Shown here: positions 41,908 to 51,686 of the stretch, in pieces | How the letters are laid out: each line of letters starts with the position of its first letter | How positions within the stretch are numbered: position 1 is the stretch's first letter | Source of the DNA: Candidatus Latescibacterota bacterium | Lineage (GTDB): Bacteria > Latescibacterota > UBA2968 > UBA8231 | Reading direction: 5' to 3' | DNA: 64,000 nt | NCBI GenBank assembly: GCA_029941565.1 | Contig: JAPYRN010000004.1 | Location: 119,797 to 183,796 of the forward strand | Made by a program: the position numbers and the translations under genes | Notes under the pieces: generated by a model | What the model was told of the DNA's origin: nothing | Seen by the model: only the letters and a program-made list of their open reading frames with translations | The model's database searches: none

Positions 41908-43620
41908 TCATCCTCGCACCAGCGAATCGGGGACCGCCTCAGCCAGGCGGTCCTGGTAAATCTTGATCTGTGAATCATACTTCTGCCGCAACTCCTGCAG
42001 ATACTGTCCAAGCTCCCGCCCTTCCAGCTCATGATGCAGTAAAGCGCGGGCTCTGGTGCCGGCCTCTTCGAAGGGTTCCGGGGCAGCCTCCGTGTGCTCA
42101 AGGACCCGAAAAACGGAATATCCGCCCTCGACCTCAACAGGTCCGTTCCAGGCACCAATTCTGGCGGCCATCACGTTCTGCACCAGAATTGGGTATCGCA
42201 GGGTGTCCTGGCGGTGGAAATGGAATCTGCCCTTGCGAGCAACTGCGTCCGAACGCAGGCTGCGGTCGATGAAGTCCACCACAGTCGCCCCCGCCTGCAA
42301 GCGTCCTCGCAGCGTATCTGCTTCTGCCGACGTCGGCACGAGCAACTCCTCCACGAAGGACGCTTCCCCGTGCTGAAACAAGGCCGGATGTTCGTCGTAG
42401 TATCGGCGCACATCCTCTTCGCCAAGGCTGAATCGTTCGCCCACAACCGTCTTGCGTAGACCTTCCAGGATCAGTTCCTGGCGCTTCTGCGTCTGCAGAC
42501 GCTGGATATCGGGATCTTCGTAGTAACCAGCCGCCAGAGCAGCATGGCGCACGAGAAACGGCACGAGGACGAAGTTGCGCAGGGTCGCAGCGGCGTGGCT
42601 GCTGTCAGTCAGACCGGAGGTGATATTAAAGCGCTCAAGGGTCGACTGCACCTCCCCCAGACTGATGTCGCCCTCCGCCCAGGTGTAAGTTGGTGCCGGG
42701 TCGTCCCGCAGAGTGCGCGGTTCGCGTCTGCGGTAGGCTTCCACCACCTTGTTGAGGGCTGCCCCTTGCAGTTCTACTGCGAAGTTGTTTTCCAGCAGCT
42801 CGTAGTGTGCCGCCGCGATCTGGCCCCGGCGTTGACGATACAATTCGGTCCGGATCGCATCACGGAACTTCGTCAGGGCGACGGGACGATCTTCGGTGAA
42901 GAGCACGACATGCCAGTTGCGCCCTGCCTTCAGTGGTTCCGAGACCTGTCCTAGAGGCAGATCGCGGAACACCTCAGGGGGCACGTGCATACGTGGCGCC
43001 AGATCGAGAGCCATGAAACCAAGCTCACCTGAGGACGCAGAAGAGCGTGGATCGATCGAACGCTCCTTGGCGAGCTCTGCGAAGGCACGGCCGGCGGCCA
43101 GTTCGGCGACGACGGAGTCGATGGCACCACGGCTCGCCGTCAGGATCGCACTGAATTTGCGTTCTCGGTAATACCCCTCGGCCTTGAAGTAGCGGCTGAT
43201 CTCCTCTTCTTCGATGGAGATCTTCGAGCCGAATTCGCGACTGCGGTAGATCGCTGCAACCCGTGCGTCCACGGCGTTGCGCAGGGCGTTGCGGAAAGAC
43301 TGGACCGTATCCAGACGCAGCGTCTCAGCCTCCATCAGCAGCAAGCGCCGGTCGATCAATGCCTGCAGGTGATGGACGCGAGCGTCGTCGTCGCTCTTTT
43401 GCGGGCGCAGACCGGCGGGCAGCTGGGAGATGTAGGCGCGCAGGGAGGCGGAGGAAATCTGGTGTGAGCCGACCTCGGCGACCGGAGGATCTTCGGGGGT
43501 TGTGCCGCAGTTCACCCACAGACCACTCAGAACCAGACACACTATCAATCTACTCTGCAACAGATAACTCCAGATCACCGTGGTTACATTGCCGTCGCTT
43601 TCTAGCCGATGGGGATACAT
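41908..43620 (-). CDS. Parvulin/PrsA-SurA-like foldase lipoprotein, paralog 2
   Basis: WVNC lipobox-like; VAEVGSHQI, FAELAKERSID..GELGF, GQVSEPL, GPVEVEGGYSVFRV; start uncertain. Confidence 0.82.
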   Translation of the reverse strand: MYPHRLESDGNVTTVIWSYLLQSRLIVCLVLSGLWVNCGTTPEDPPVAEVGSHQISSASLRAYISQLPAGLRPQKSDDDARVHHLQALIDRRLLLMEAETLRLDTVQSFRNALRNAVDARVAAIYRSREFGSKISIEEEEISRYFKAEGYYRERKFSAILTASRGAIDSVVAELAAGRAFAELAKERSIDPRSSASSGELGFMALDLAPRMHVPPEVFRDLPLGQVSEPLKAGRNWHVVLFTEDRPVALTKFRDAIRTELYRQRRGQIAAAHYELLENNFAVELQGAALNKVVEAYRRREPRTLRDDPAPTYTWAEGDISLGEVQSTLERFNITSGLTDSSHAAATLRNFVLVPFLVRHAALAAGYYEDPDIQRLQTQKRQELILEGLRKTVVGERFSLGEEDVRRYYDEHPALFQHGEASFVEELLVPTSAEADTLRGRLQAGATVVDFIDRSLRSDAVARKGRFHFHRQDTLRYPILVQNVMAARIGAWNGPVEVEGGYSVFRVLEHTEAAPEPFEEAGTRARALLHHELEGRELGQYLQELRQKYDSQIKIYQDRLAEAVPDSLVRG

Positions 43621-43778
43621 AGCTGGTCGGCTAGAATAATTTCGCTCAATTCGGGCCCTAATATAGATGAGCATGAATGGTTGTCACAAGCCGGTTGCCT
43701 TGCTGGAACTTACACCACTCTGATACTTTGCACCGTGTCGTCAAACGGTGTGGATTTCTGACAAACAAGAAGGCAAAG

Positions 43779-45188
43779 ATGAATATCCTCTTTATTCTGA
43801 CGGATCAGTTTCGCTTCGACTGTCTTGGTGCCCTCGGTCATCCGCTGGTTGAAACGCCCAATCTCGACGCTCTGGCATCGACATCGACGCTGTTTTCGCG
43901 CACCTGGTGTGCCACCATGGCCTGCGCTCCGGCGCGCGCTTCATTGTTCACCGGCTATTACGCCGACACCCATGGAATGGGCGGCAACCAGACAACTCTG
44001 GATCCGCCCGATCAGCGGGTACTACCCGAATATCTCGCCGCTGCCGGATACGACACGGCGTTGGTGGGCAAACTCCATCTGAAGCCGATGCAGCGGGATT
44101 TCGGCTTCCGCCACCTGCTGCGCCACGACGCGCCCTACACCAACTACAGCGAAGAGGAGGCACGTGATTCAGCCTACCTGCGCTATCTGGGGGAGACCGC
44201 TTTTCGCCACGACCCCGAGGAGGCGGTCCGGCGCTTTACCGAGGACGAGGCCGCCCAACACACCGACGAACAGCGGTTCATGCTCGGCAGCGGTTTCCTC
44301 GAGGCCGAACATCACGAGGTCAGCTGGGCAGTGCGCGAATCGATTCGATATCTGCGCCACGAACGGCCCACCGACAAGCCCTTCTTTCTCAACTGCTCCT
44401 TCTTTGGCCCCCATCAGCCCTATCTCTGTCCGCCCCCCTGGGATGCCCTCTATCCGGAAGCGGAAATTCCCCTGCCCGCCGACTTCCATTATTCCGTCGA
44501 AGACAAACCGCTGTTTCGCGACTCGGCGCAGATGGAGTGGCTCCAGCGCCGGGACCGCTGGGGCTGGGACGAAGGCACCTACCGCCGGCTTCTGGCCGCC
44601 TATTACGGCTATGTGTCGATGATCGATGACGGTGTCGGGCAGCTCTTGGCCGCTGTACGTGAGGAGGGTCTGTGGGATGACACCCTGATCGTATTCAGTG
44701 CCGACCACGGTGAGTTCGGGGGCCAGTTCCGCGCCTTCTACAAGGGGCTGCCCTACGAAGGCTCCTGCCATGTGCCCCTCATCGTACACGATCCCCGGGC
44801 TCCGTCGGGTGGCAGACGCTGTGATCGCAACACGAGCAACATCGATCTGTTTTCCACCTTTTTGCAGGTAGCGGGGGTGGCCCTCCCTGAGCACGTCGAG
44901 TCGCGTGACCTGGCAGCGCTGGTCGCCGGTGAGGAAACGGCGTGGGACAACCGGTCCCTGTGGAAAAAGGGAGGGCAATCTTTCCTTGTCCGCGACGACG
45001 ACAAGCTGGTGCGTGGCGAGGTCGGCACAGAGACGGTCTACGAACTCTACGACCTTGGCCGGGACCCCATGGAGGAACACAACGTCTTCGCCGAACCAGC
45101 GCGACAGCAGAGGCTTGTCGCCCTCCGCGCCGAACTGGACGCCTGGCACGCCGAACAACTGGACAAGAGACGGGGAAGACGAGGATGA
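43779..45188 (+). CDS. Cys-type formylglycine-dependent sulfatase
   Basis: NILFILTDQ, TPNLD, CAPARAS (CxPxR), GKLHL, GPHQPY, ADHGE. Confidence 0.95.
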   Translation: MNILFILTDQFRFDCLGALGHPLVETPNLDALASTSTLFSRTWCATMACAPARASLFTGYYADTHGMGGNQTTLDPPDQRVLPEYLAAAGYDTALVGKLHLKPMQRDFGFRHLLRHDAPYTNYSEEEARDSAYLRYLGETAFRHDPEEAVRRFTEDEAAQHTDEQRFMLGSGFLEAEHHEVSWAVRESIRYLRHERPTDKPFFLNCSFFGPHQPYLCPPPWDALYPEAEIPLPADFHYSVEDKPLFRDSAQMEWLQRRDRWGWDEGTYRRLLAAYYGYVSMIDDGVGQLLAAVREEGLWDDTLIVFSADHGEFGGQFRAFYKGLPYEGSCHVPLIVHDPRAPSGGRRCDRNTSNIDLFSTFLQVAGVALPEHVESRDLAALVAGEETAWDNRSLWKKGGQSFLVRDDDKLVRGEVGTETVYELYDLGRDPMEEHNVFAEPARQQRLVALRAELDAWHAEQLDKRRGRRG

Positions 45189-45207
45189 AACGTCGCATGG
45201 CAGGCGA

Positions 45208-47199
45208 ATGAAGCATGCGATCCCCAAGCTGTATCGAATCTATCTCGAACGACGGGGCCTGACCCAGGCCGACGTCGGGCACGGTTCAACGATTACCATC
45301 CGTGGTCTGTTTGTGGGTGGTGTCATGTGCGTCGCTATCGCCCTGGGCGCCCCTTACACGACCATGCTGCTGCGTGGTACACCGATGGGCTTTTCGTCGG
45401 TCACGCCTGCCGCCTTCTTCCTGTTGTTTCTACTGCTGATCTGTCAGGTGATGTGGAAATTGTGCTGTAAGGATGAGGGTCGAGGGCTCACGCGCGGCGA
45501 GCTGATCACGATAACGGTGATGATGATGGTCGCCGCCGCGATTCCCACCCGCGGCGTAACGGGCATGCTGCTGCCCATGATCACCGGCATCCACTACTAC
45601 GCCTCCGCAGAAAACAGGTGGGCGCAGCTGCTCCATCCGCACCTGGCGGATTGGACCCTGGTCGATGATCCACAGGCGGTGGCGGGCTTCTACGAAGGGG
45701 GTGTCAGCGCCATCCCATGGGGTGGTTGGGTGCCGGCCTTGCTCGGATGGCTGCTGTTCTACGCCGCCTTCTATCTGACGTTGGTGTCGTTGTTGGCCAT
45801 CCTGCGTCGGCAATGGGTGGAACATGAACGCTTGCCCTTTCCCCTGGCCAGCGTACCCCTCGAGTTGTTCCGCGAAGGGGAGAATGTTGGGCCTCTGCCA
45901 GCTGTGCTGCAGAAGCCCAGCATGTGGGTGGGTTTTGCCCTGCCGATGCTCGTGGGCAGTCTGCAGGGCCTGCAGCACTACTTCGTGCAGGTTCCCACGC
46001 TCTCGCTCTCCACCCAGATGACGCTCTCGACAGGCGTCGTACTGCGTGTGGGTGTCAATTTTCTGATGCTGGGTTTTGCCTATTTCATCAATACCAGCAT
46101 CGCCTTCAGTCTGTGGGTTTTCTACCTGCTCATCGTACTGGAAAAACGAGTGCTCGAGGTCATGGGGGTAACCACGGTAAAAGCTGACCTGGGTCAGTGG
46201 ACGGAGCCCATCCTGGGTCACCAATCGATGGGGGCGCTGATCGTTCTGGTCGTCTCTGGCTGCTGGGTTGCGCGCAGCCACCTCAAGAGCGTCTGGCGCA
46301 AGGCCATCGGCAGCGATCCATTGATCGACGATGGCCAGGAGATCATGTCCTATCGCAGCGCTGTGATCGGTGTGGGTTGCGGTGTGATCGGTATGTCGGT
46401 CTGGCTCTGGCAGGCGGGGGTACCCTGGTGGATCGCGCCACTGTTCGTGTTTGGCGCGCTGGTGATTTTCACCGGCCTGACACGGGCCATCGCCGAAGGT
46501 GGAATTCCGACGATCTCGCCCGCCATGGTGCCGGCGGGGTTCGTGATCTCCACCGTCGGCGTACCGGCATTGGGCGTGGCGGGGGTCATCGCCACCGGAC
46601 ATACGTTGATCTGGAGTGGCGAGATGCTGGTCTTCATGATGGCGCCCCTGGCCACCGGCATGCGCCTCGGCAGCGAGATCACGGGCCATCGTCGCCGGCT
46701 GCTCTGGGCGATCGCTGCCGCCATGCTGATCACACTGGTGGTCTCCGTCTGGTTCACGTTGTATCTGGCCTATCACCACGGGGGCGTGAACCTCAGCAGG
46801 CAGTTCTTTCGCACCTTTCCAACCTATCCCGCCACCTTCGCCATACAGCAGCTGGAAAATGCCATGGGTCCGAGTCTCAGCGGTGGACTCTGGATGTTGG
46901 CTGGCGGCGTCATGATGATGTTGCTGATGGTCGCCCGTCATCATTTCGTCGGATGGCCACTGCACCCGCTAGGTTTCGCCGTGGCGCCGGGTTGGACGAT
47001 GAATGTGCTTTGGTCATCGATACTGTTGGCGTGGCTGATCAAACGCCTCGTGCTGCGTTTCGGTGGTGCCGGGACCTACGAACGGACCAAACCCTTTTTT
47101 CTGGGTCTGGTCATGGGACAGCTGGTGGTGGGGGGTGTTTGGCTCGTCATCGACAGCATGACCGGCACCGTAGGCAATGTCATCCCGGTTTTCTATTGA
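45208..47199 (+). CDS. DUF6785/DUF6784-like polytopic membrane protein (putative transporter), paralog 2
   Basis: YYASAENRW, LRRQWVEHERLPFPL, EIMSYR, RAIAEGG, WPLHPLGF, PFFLGLVMG; colinear with paralog 1. Confidence 0.78.
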   Translation: MKHAIPKLYRIYLERRGLTQADVGHGSTITIRGLFVGGVMCVAIALGAPYTTMLLRGTPMGFSSVTPAAFFLLFLLLICQVMWKLCCKDEGRGLTRGELITITVMMMVAAAIPTRGVTGMLLPMITGIHYYASAENRWAQLLHPHLADWTLVDDPQAVAGFYEGGVSAIPWGGWVPALLGWLLFYAAFYLTLVSLLAILRRQWVEHERLPFPLASVPLELFREGENVGPLPAVLQKPSMWVGFALPMLVGSLQGLQHYFVQVPTLSLSTQMTLSTGVVLRVGVNFLMLGFAYFINTSIAFSLWVFYLLIVLEKRVLEVMGVTTVKADLGQWTEPILGHQSMGALIVLVVSGCWVARSHLKSVWRKAIGSDPLIDDGQEIMSYRSAVIGVGCGVIGMSVWLWQAGVPWWIAPLFVFGALVIFTGLTRAIAEGGIPTISPAMVPAGFVISTVGVPALGVAGVIATGHTLIWSGEMLVFMMAPLATGMRLGSEITGHRRRLLWAIAAAMLITLVVSVWFTLYLAYHHGGVNLSRQFFRTFPTYPATFAIQQLENAMGPSLSGGLWMLAGGVMMMLLMVARHHFVGWPLHPLGFAVAPGWTMNVLWSSILLAWLIKRLVLRFGGAGTYERTKPFFLGLVMGQLVVGGVWLVIDSMTGTVGNVIPVFY

Positions 47200-47207
47200 G
47201 AGGGTGT

Positions 47208-48422
47208 ATGATCAGATCTCTGCGACCTGTCACCACATGGTTGTATCTGGCTCTCGGTATACCGGCTTGTGGCGCAGTTGAAGACAACGGCTCTGCCACG
47301 TCGACGGTGCTCGTCGTGACCCCAGGCGAAGGGGAGTCCTTTCGCGCCGCCGTGGCGGCAGCTGGACCGGGAGATCGGATCGCTGTACCACCGGGTGAGT
47401 ATGGCAATGGTCATTTCTTTCCGGGTCTGAAGGGTGAACCCGGACAGCCTATCGTCATCCTCGCCGCCGATCCTGACGAGCCACCGACATTTACCGGCGG
47501 CGTCGAGGGTATGCACCTCATAGAACCCGAGTATGTGGAGTTGCACAACCTGCATTTCAGCGGCCAGAGCGGCAATGGTCTGAACATCGATGATGGTGGC
47601 GACTTTGAGCAGCCGGCGCGGCACGTCGTTCTGCAGGGGCTCGAGGTGCGCGACATCGGACCGGATGGCAACCACGATGGCATCAAGCTGTCGGGGCTCA
47701 CCGACTTCCGCATCGAGGGTTGCACCATCGAGCGCTGGGGCCGAGGCGGTTCCGGAATCGACCTGGTGGGCTGTCACCGCGGCCAGATCACGAGGTCCAC
47801 CTTCCGCCATGGTGACAGCGCCGGCAGCAGTGGCATTCAGATCAAAGGCGGCAGTGCCGACATCCTCGTGCGGCAGAACCGTTTTGAGCATAGTGGTCGC
47901 CGCGCGGTGAACATCGGTGGCAGTACGGGTCTGGAGTTCTTTCGACCCGCACCATATGCCGGCTACGAGGCGACTCGAGTTATGGTGGAGGGCAACCTGT
48001 TCATCGGTTCGCAGGCGCCCGTCGCTTTTGTCAGCGCCGACGGCTCCACCTTTCGCTACAACACGCTGTATCGACCGGTGGACTGGGTGCTGCGTATCCT
48101 GCAGGAGAACAAGACGGAGAACTTCATTCCCTGTCGTGCCGGTGTCGTGACGGACAATCTCGTGCTGTTCCGTGCCGACGAGCTGAGCACTTTCGTCAAC
48201 ATCGGACCGGACACGGCGCCCGAGACATTTCGTTTCGAGCGCAACTTCTGGTTTGCGATCGATGACCCCAGCGCCAGCACACCAGAGCTTCCCGTAGCCG
48301 AAATCGACGGCATCGTCGGCGTCCCGCCTCTGCTCAAAGACCCGGAAGCCGGGGACTTCAGTCTCACCGCCGACAGTCCCCCATCGGTGCGTGCCGTCGG
48401 CGCTCATGCCCTCTTGGAATAG
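47208..48422 (+). CDS. Right-handed parallel beta-helix lipoprotein
   Basis: IPAC lipobox-like; AGPGDRIAVPPGEY, GEPGQPIVI, NGLNIDDGG, DGIKLSG, GIQIKGGS. Confidence 0.85.
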   Translation: MIRSLRPVTTWLYLALGIPACGAVEDNGSATSTVLVVTPGEGESFRAAVAAAGPGDRIAVPPGEYGNGHFFPGLKGEPGQPIVILAADPDEPPTFTGGVEGMHLIEPEYVELHNLHFSGQSGNGLNIDDGGDFEQPARHVVLQGLEVRDIGPDGNHDGIKLSGLTDFRIEGCTIERWGRGGSGIDLVGCHRGQITRSTFRHGDSAGSSGIQIKGGSADILVRQNRFEHSGRRAVNIGGSTGLEFFRPAPYAGYEATRVMVEGNLFIGSQAPVAFVSADGSTFRYNTLYRPVDWVLRILQENKTENFIPCRAGVVTDNLVLFRADELSTFVNIGPDTAPETFRFERNFWFAIDDPSASTPELPVAEIDGIVGVPPLLKDPEAGDFSLTADSPPSVRAVGAHALLE

Positions 48423-50355
48423 GCCCCCGACGCCATTCGTGTCGTTGGCGTTTTTCGCTGTCGCCACCACGATCGCGTTGGCGACACCCGCTGCGGGGCA
48501 GATCGGCGGTACGGTAACCGATCGGGAGTCCGGTCAGCCCCTGGCAGGCGCTCTGGTCTCCGTGCAGGCGCAACCGATTCGCACTCAAACCGATCATCAG
48601 GGAGAATTTCTGCTCGCCGTCGATGGCGACGACCTCATCATCGTCGCCGCACACAAGGGCTACTTCAATGGCCGACGAATTCTGTCCTCGCCGACTGCCG
48701 CAGCCGGCATCGAGTTAGATCGCGTGTCCGTCGGCGATGAACCCAACTATGATTTTGTCCGACCTGGCGCCTGCGGCGCCTGCCATCCAAACCAACTGAG
48801 CCAGTGGCGTAATTCCCCCATGGCCCGGACAGGCAACAACCCTTGGGTCTATGACCTCTTCAGTGGGGACGGCACGGCGGGCGGCCAGGCCGGATTCGTC
48901 TACAGGCGCGATTCCCGCCTGGTGCAGAGCGACCCGGCCTCCGAGTGTGCTTCCTGTCACCAACCGGAACAGTGGGTGCAACAACCCGGAGCCAGCCTGG
49001 ACGCTGTCGGCGCCCTGTCGGAGGGGGCACTGCACGGCGTCTCCTGTGACATCTGCCACAAGATTGCTCACATCGACGAGGGCATGACGGACTACCCTGG
49101 TATTTCCGCAGGGGTCACCTTCACGCGCCCCGAACGATTCGGCGATCAGGTGCAGTATGGCGTATTGGGCGATAGTAGCTACGACGAGTTTCGCGACGTG
49201 ATGCGAGCCTCGTACCAACCGCAGTTGACTGCCGCCATGTGCGCCGCCTGTCATCAACACCGATCCCATCCCGGTGAGCGGGATGGGATCGCCAACCAGT
49301 TCACCTACATGGAATGGCGCGACTCCCCCTACAGCGACCGCAACTCACCGTACTTTGCCACATGCGTCGACTGTCATATGCCTTCATATGGCGCCACGGA
49401 GGTCTGCGGTTTCCCCGGGTATCTGCCACCGACGCGGGACAGCGAGACGATTCGTGGCCACACCATCGAGGGCACGACACCACACTTTCTGGAGAATGCG
49501 GTCTCTCTATGGATCGATGCGCGCATCGAGCAGGATCTACTGGTGGCCGAGGTCACGGTGAGCAACGACAAGACCGGTCATCATGTTCCAGATGGCACCA
49601 TGCGTAACATGATCCTGCTCGTCGAAGCCCGACGCCTCGAGCCGGACGCCCAGCTGCAATATCAGGGGACCCAACAGGTACACGAGTTGGGAGGTGTCGG
49701 CGACCCGGCGCAGGGGTATTTCGCCGGTCTGCCCGGCAAGTTCTTCGGCCGCGTCATCCACGACGAACTGGGCGACGCTCCCGTGCCCTTCACCGAGGCG
49801 ACCGGGGTGTTGTGGGACAATCGCATTGCCGCCCTCGCCGAGGATCGCTCCAGCTACAGCTTCGTGTTGCCTGCCGGGGAGGGTTCGTACGCAGTCACCG
49901 CCCGTCTTATCTACCGCCGTGCCTTTCGTTTTCTGGTGGACGAAAAGGGCTGGACGCAGGACGGACAGGGCCGGCCCCTAGAGGATCTGCAGCCGCCCTA
50001 TTTCGGGCACTTAATGGAACAAGCGACATGGACCTCGGAGCCGGTCACGGCGGTCTCACGAACCGACGTTCTGCCACACGTTTTCCGCCTGCAGGCAAAC
50101 TATCCAAATCCATTCAATGCCGCCACGAGGATCAACTATGAGCTGCCCCGGGACGCGATGGTGATCCTGCAGGTCTTCGATGTGCTCGGCCGAGAGGTGA
50201 AGACACTTGTGCGCGGCTACCGAGCCGCCGGAGGTTGGTCGGTGGCCTGGGATGGTACCGATCAACGTGGCCATCCCGTGAGCTCGGGGCTGTTTCTGTA
50301 TCAGCTACGGGCGGGAGGGCTTGAAGAGACGCGCAAGATGTTGCTGCTGCCATAA
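48406..50355 (+). CDS. Secreted pentaheme cytochrome c with carboxypeptidase-regulatory-like N-domain and FlgD-Ig/T9SS-type tail
   Basis: Signal peptide; GTVTDRESGQPLAGALV; CGACH, CASCH, CDICH, CAACH, CVDCH; VTAV..NYPNPFN..WDG. Confidence 0.88.
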   Translation: MPSWNRPPTPFVSLAFFAVATTIALATPAAGQIGGTVTDRESGQPLAGALVSVQAQPIRTQTDHQGEFLLAVDGDDLIIVAAHKGYFNGRRILSSPTAAAGIELDRVSVGDEPNYDFVRPGACGACHPNQLSQWRNSPMARTGNNPWVYDLFSGDGTAGGQAGFVYRRDSRLVQSDPASECASCHQPEQWVQQPGASLDAVGALSEGALHGVSCDICHKIAHIDEGMTDYPGISAGVTFTRPERFGDQVQYGVLGDSSYDEFRDVMRASYQPQLTAAMCAACHQHRSHPGERDGIANQFTYMEWRDSPYSDRNSPYFATCVDCHMPSYGATEVCGFPGYLPPTRDSETIRGHTIEGTTPHFLENAVSLWIDARIEQDLLVAEVTVSNDKTGHHVPDGTMRNMILLVEARRLEPDAQLQYQGTQQVHELGGVGDPAQGYFAGLPGKFFGRVIHDELGDAPVPFTEATGVLWDNRIAALAEDRSSYSFVLPAGEGSYAVTARLIYRRAFRFLVDEKGWTQDGQGRPLEDLQPPYFGHLMEQATWTSEPVTAVSRTDVLPHVFRLQANYPNPFNAATRINYELPRDAMVILQVFDVLGREVKTLVRGYRAAGGWSVAWDGTDQRGHPVSSGLFLYQLRAGGLEETRKMLLLP

Positions 50356-50389
50356 CTGCGACAGGACACCAGCCCGAAAGGCCAATGGA

Positions 50390-51566
50390 ATGACCACACG
50401 AACCAGCCGTCTGTCGTTGCACGTCCTGTTCTGGGTGGGGCTGTCGTTGCCCCCCATTCATGCCAGTGACTATCAAGTCAGATTCATCCCCTTTGAGGAT
50501 CTCAAACCGGATGGGGCCAGACTCACCGTCTGCTGGGCAGGTATCGGCATCGATCACAACCAGCGTGTGTACTTCGCTGCCAGTGACGAGAACGACAGTC
50601 GACCGGATGACACCGTCATTTTTCGTTATGACACAAAGACCGAAACCCGGCAGCTGCTGGGCACCTTGCGGGGCATCAGCGAGGCGCAAAAACCTGGCCC
50701 CCCAAGAGAGCATCGGCAAGATTCACGTCTCCTTCATGGAGCATCGGGGCAAGATGTATTTTCCCTCGCACGACTACCATGATATCGAGCGCGACTACAG
50801 CGACATGTATGATCGACGAGGGGGGCACTTCTACGCTTTCGATCTCAAGAACGAGAGCTTTGAGGATCTGAGCCGGACCGACAACTTCGGTGTCTCCGTG
50901 CCATACCAGGGCATCATCGCCATGGATATCCTGCATTCGCAGAACAAGCTGGCGGGTTTCACCTTTCCCATGGGTGACATCCTCATCTACGACCTGAAGA
51001 CGCGCAGAACCACTTTCCACCCCGGGGTACCCGAGTATCGCATGCGCAACGTGGCGCGGGAGATCTGGGCAACCAAGAAGGGCAAGGTCTACTTCACCTA
51101 CGCCGAATCAGACTTCTGGCTCTGGGAGCTGGACGTCAAGACGGGTGTCATGCGTCGAACCGAACAGCGTAACGTCGTCAGCCACAGTTTTCTGCATGGC
51201 AGGTCGCTACCGCGGACGGCAAAACCGTCTGTCTGACCGACAACGATGGCCATCTGTTCGCCTTCGACAACGAGCGGGAGAGCCTACGCGATCTGGGACT
51301 GCTGTTACCGAACGACGAGATTACCGCTGGACGTGAGATCCACTTCGTCAACGGTCTCGCCCTGTCGAAAGATGAGCGCAGCCTGTACAGCCTCCCCTGC
51401 AAATTCAAGGGCGGTGGCAGCCCGGCGCTGTATGCGTACAACACCAAGACCTGAGAGAAAACGCCATCTGGCCAGCTTCCAGCAGTTGGATGGCGGTACC
51501 GTGACGGGCAATGCCGTCATCGACGATGCCGGGCGTCTCTACTATGGATACCACGAGTACAACTGA
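50390..51566 (+). pseudogene. Secreted beta-propeller gene with several frameshifts and a nonsense codon
   Basis: Protein-like sequence continues across frames at ~50690 (A5 run), ~51200 and ~51452-51461 (TGA plus A run); propeller-like strands IFRYDTKT, FYAFDLK, LIYDLKT, LWELDVKTG, LYAYNTKT. Confidence 0.78.
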
Positions 51567-51686
51567 TTCAGGTGAGTCCGAGCCACTGACCTCTCCGAGT
51601 GGCCGATCTGGACCCAAGTCGCGTAGTTATTCTAAACGACACTTTACTGCGTCACATATCCCGGTCTGGATCGAAACGTGCAATTC

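Noticed and set aside
46197..47207. N-terminal extension of the 741-aa ORF
   Set aside because: Overlaps DUF6785 paralog 2 out of frame; the plausible start is ATG 47208. The same reasoning trims ORF-track starts at 4652, 22726, 42158, 44905 and 59397.
51452..51454. In-frame TGA as selenocysteine or recoding
   Set aside because: It is immediately followed by a frameshift in a gene with other lesions, and other genes here use TGA as a normal stop.
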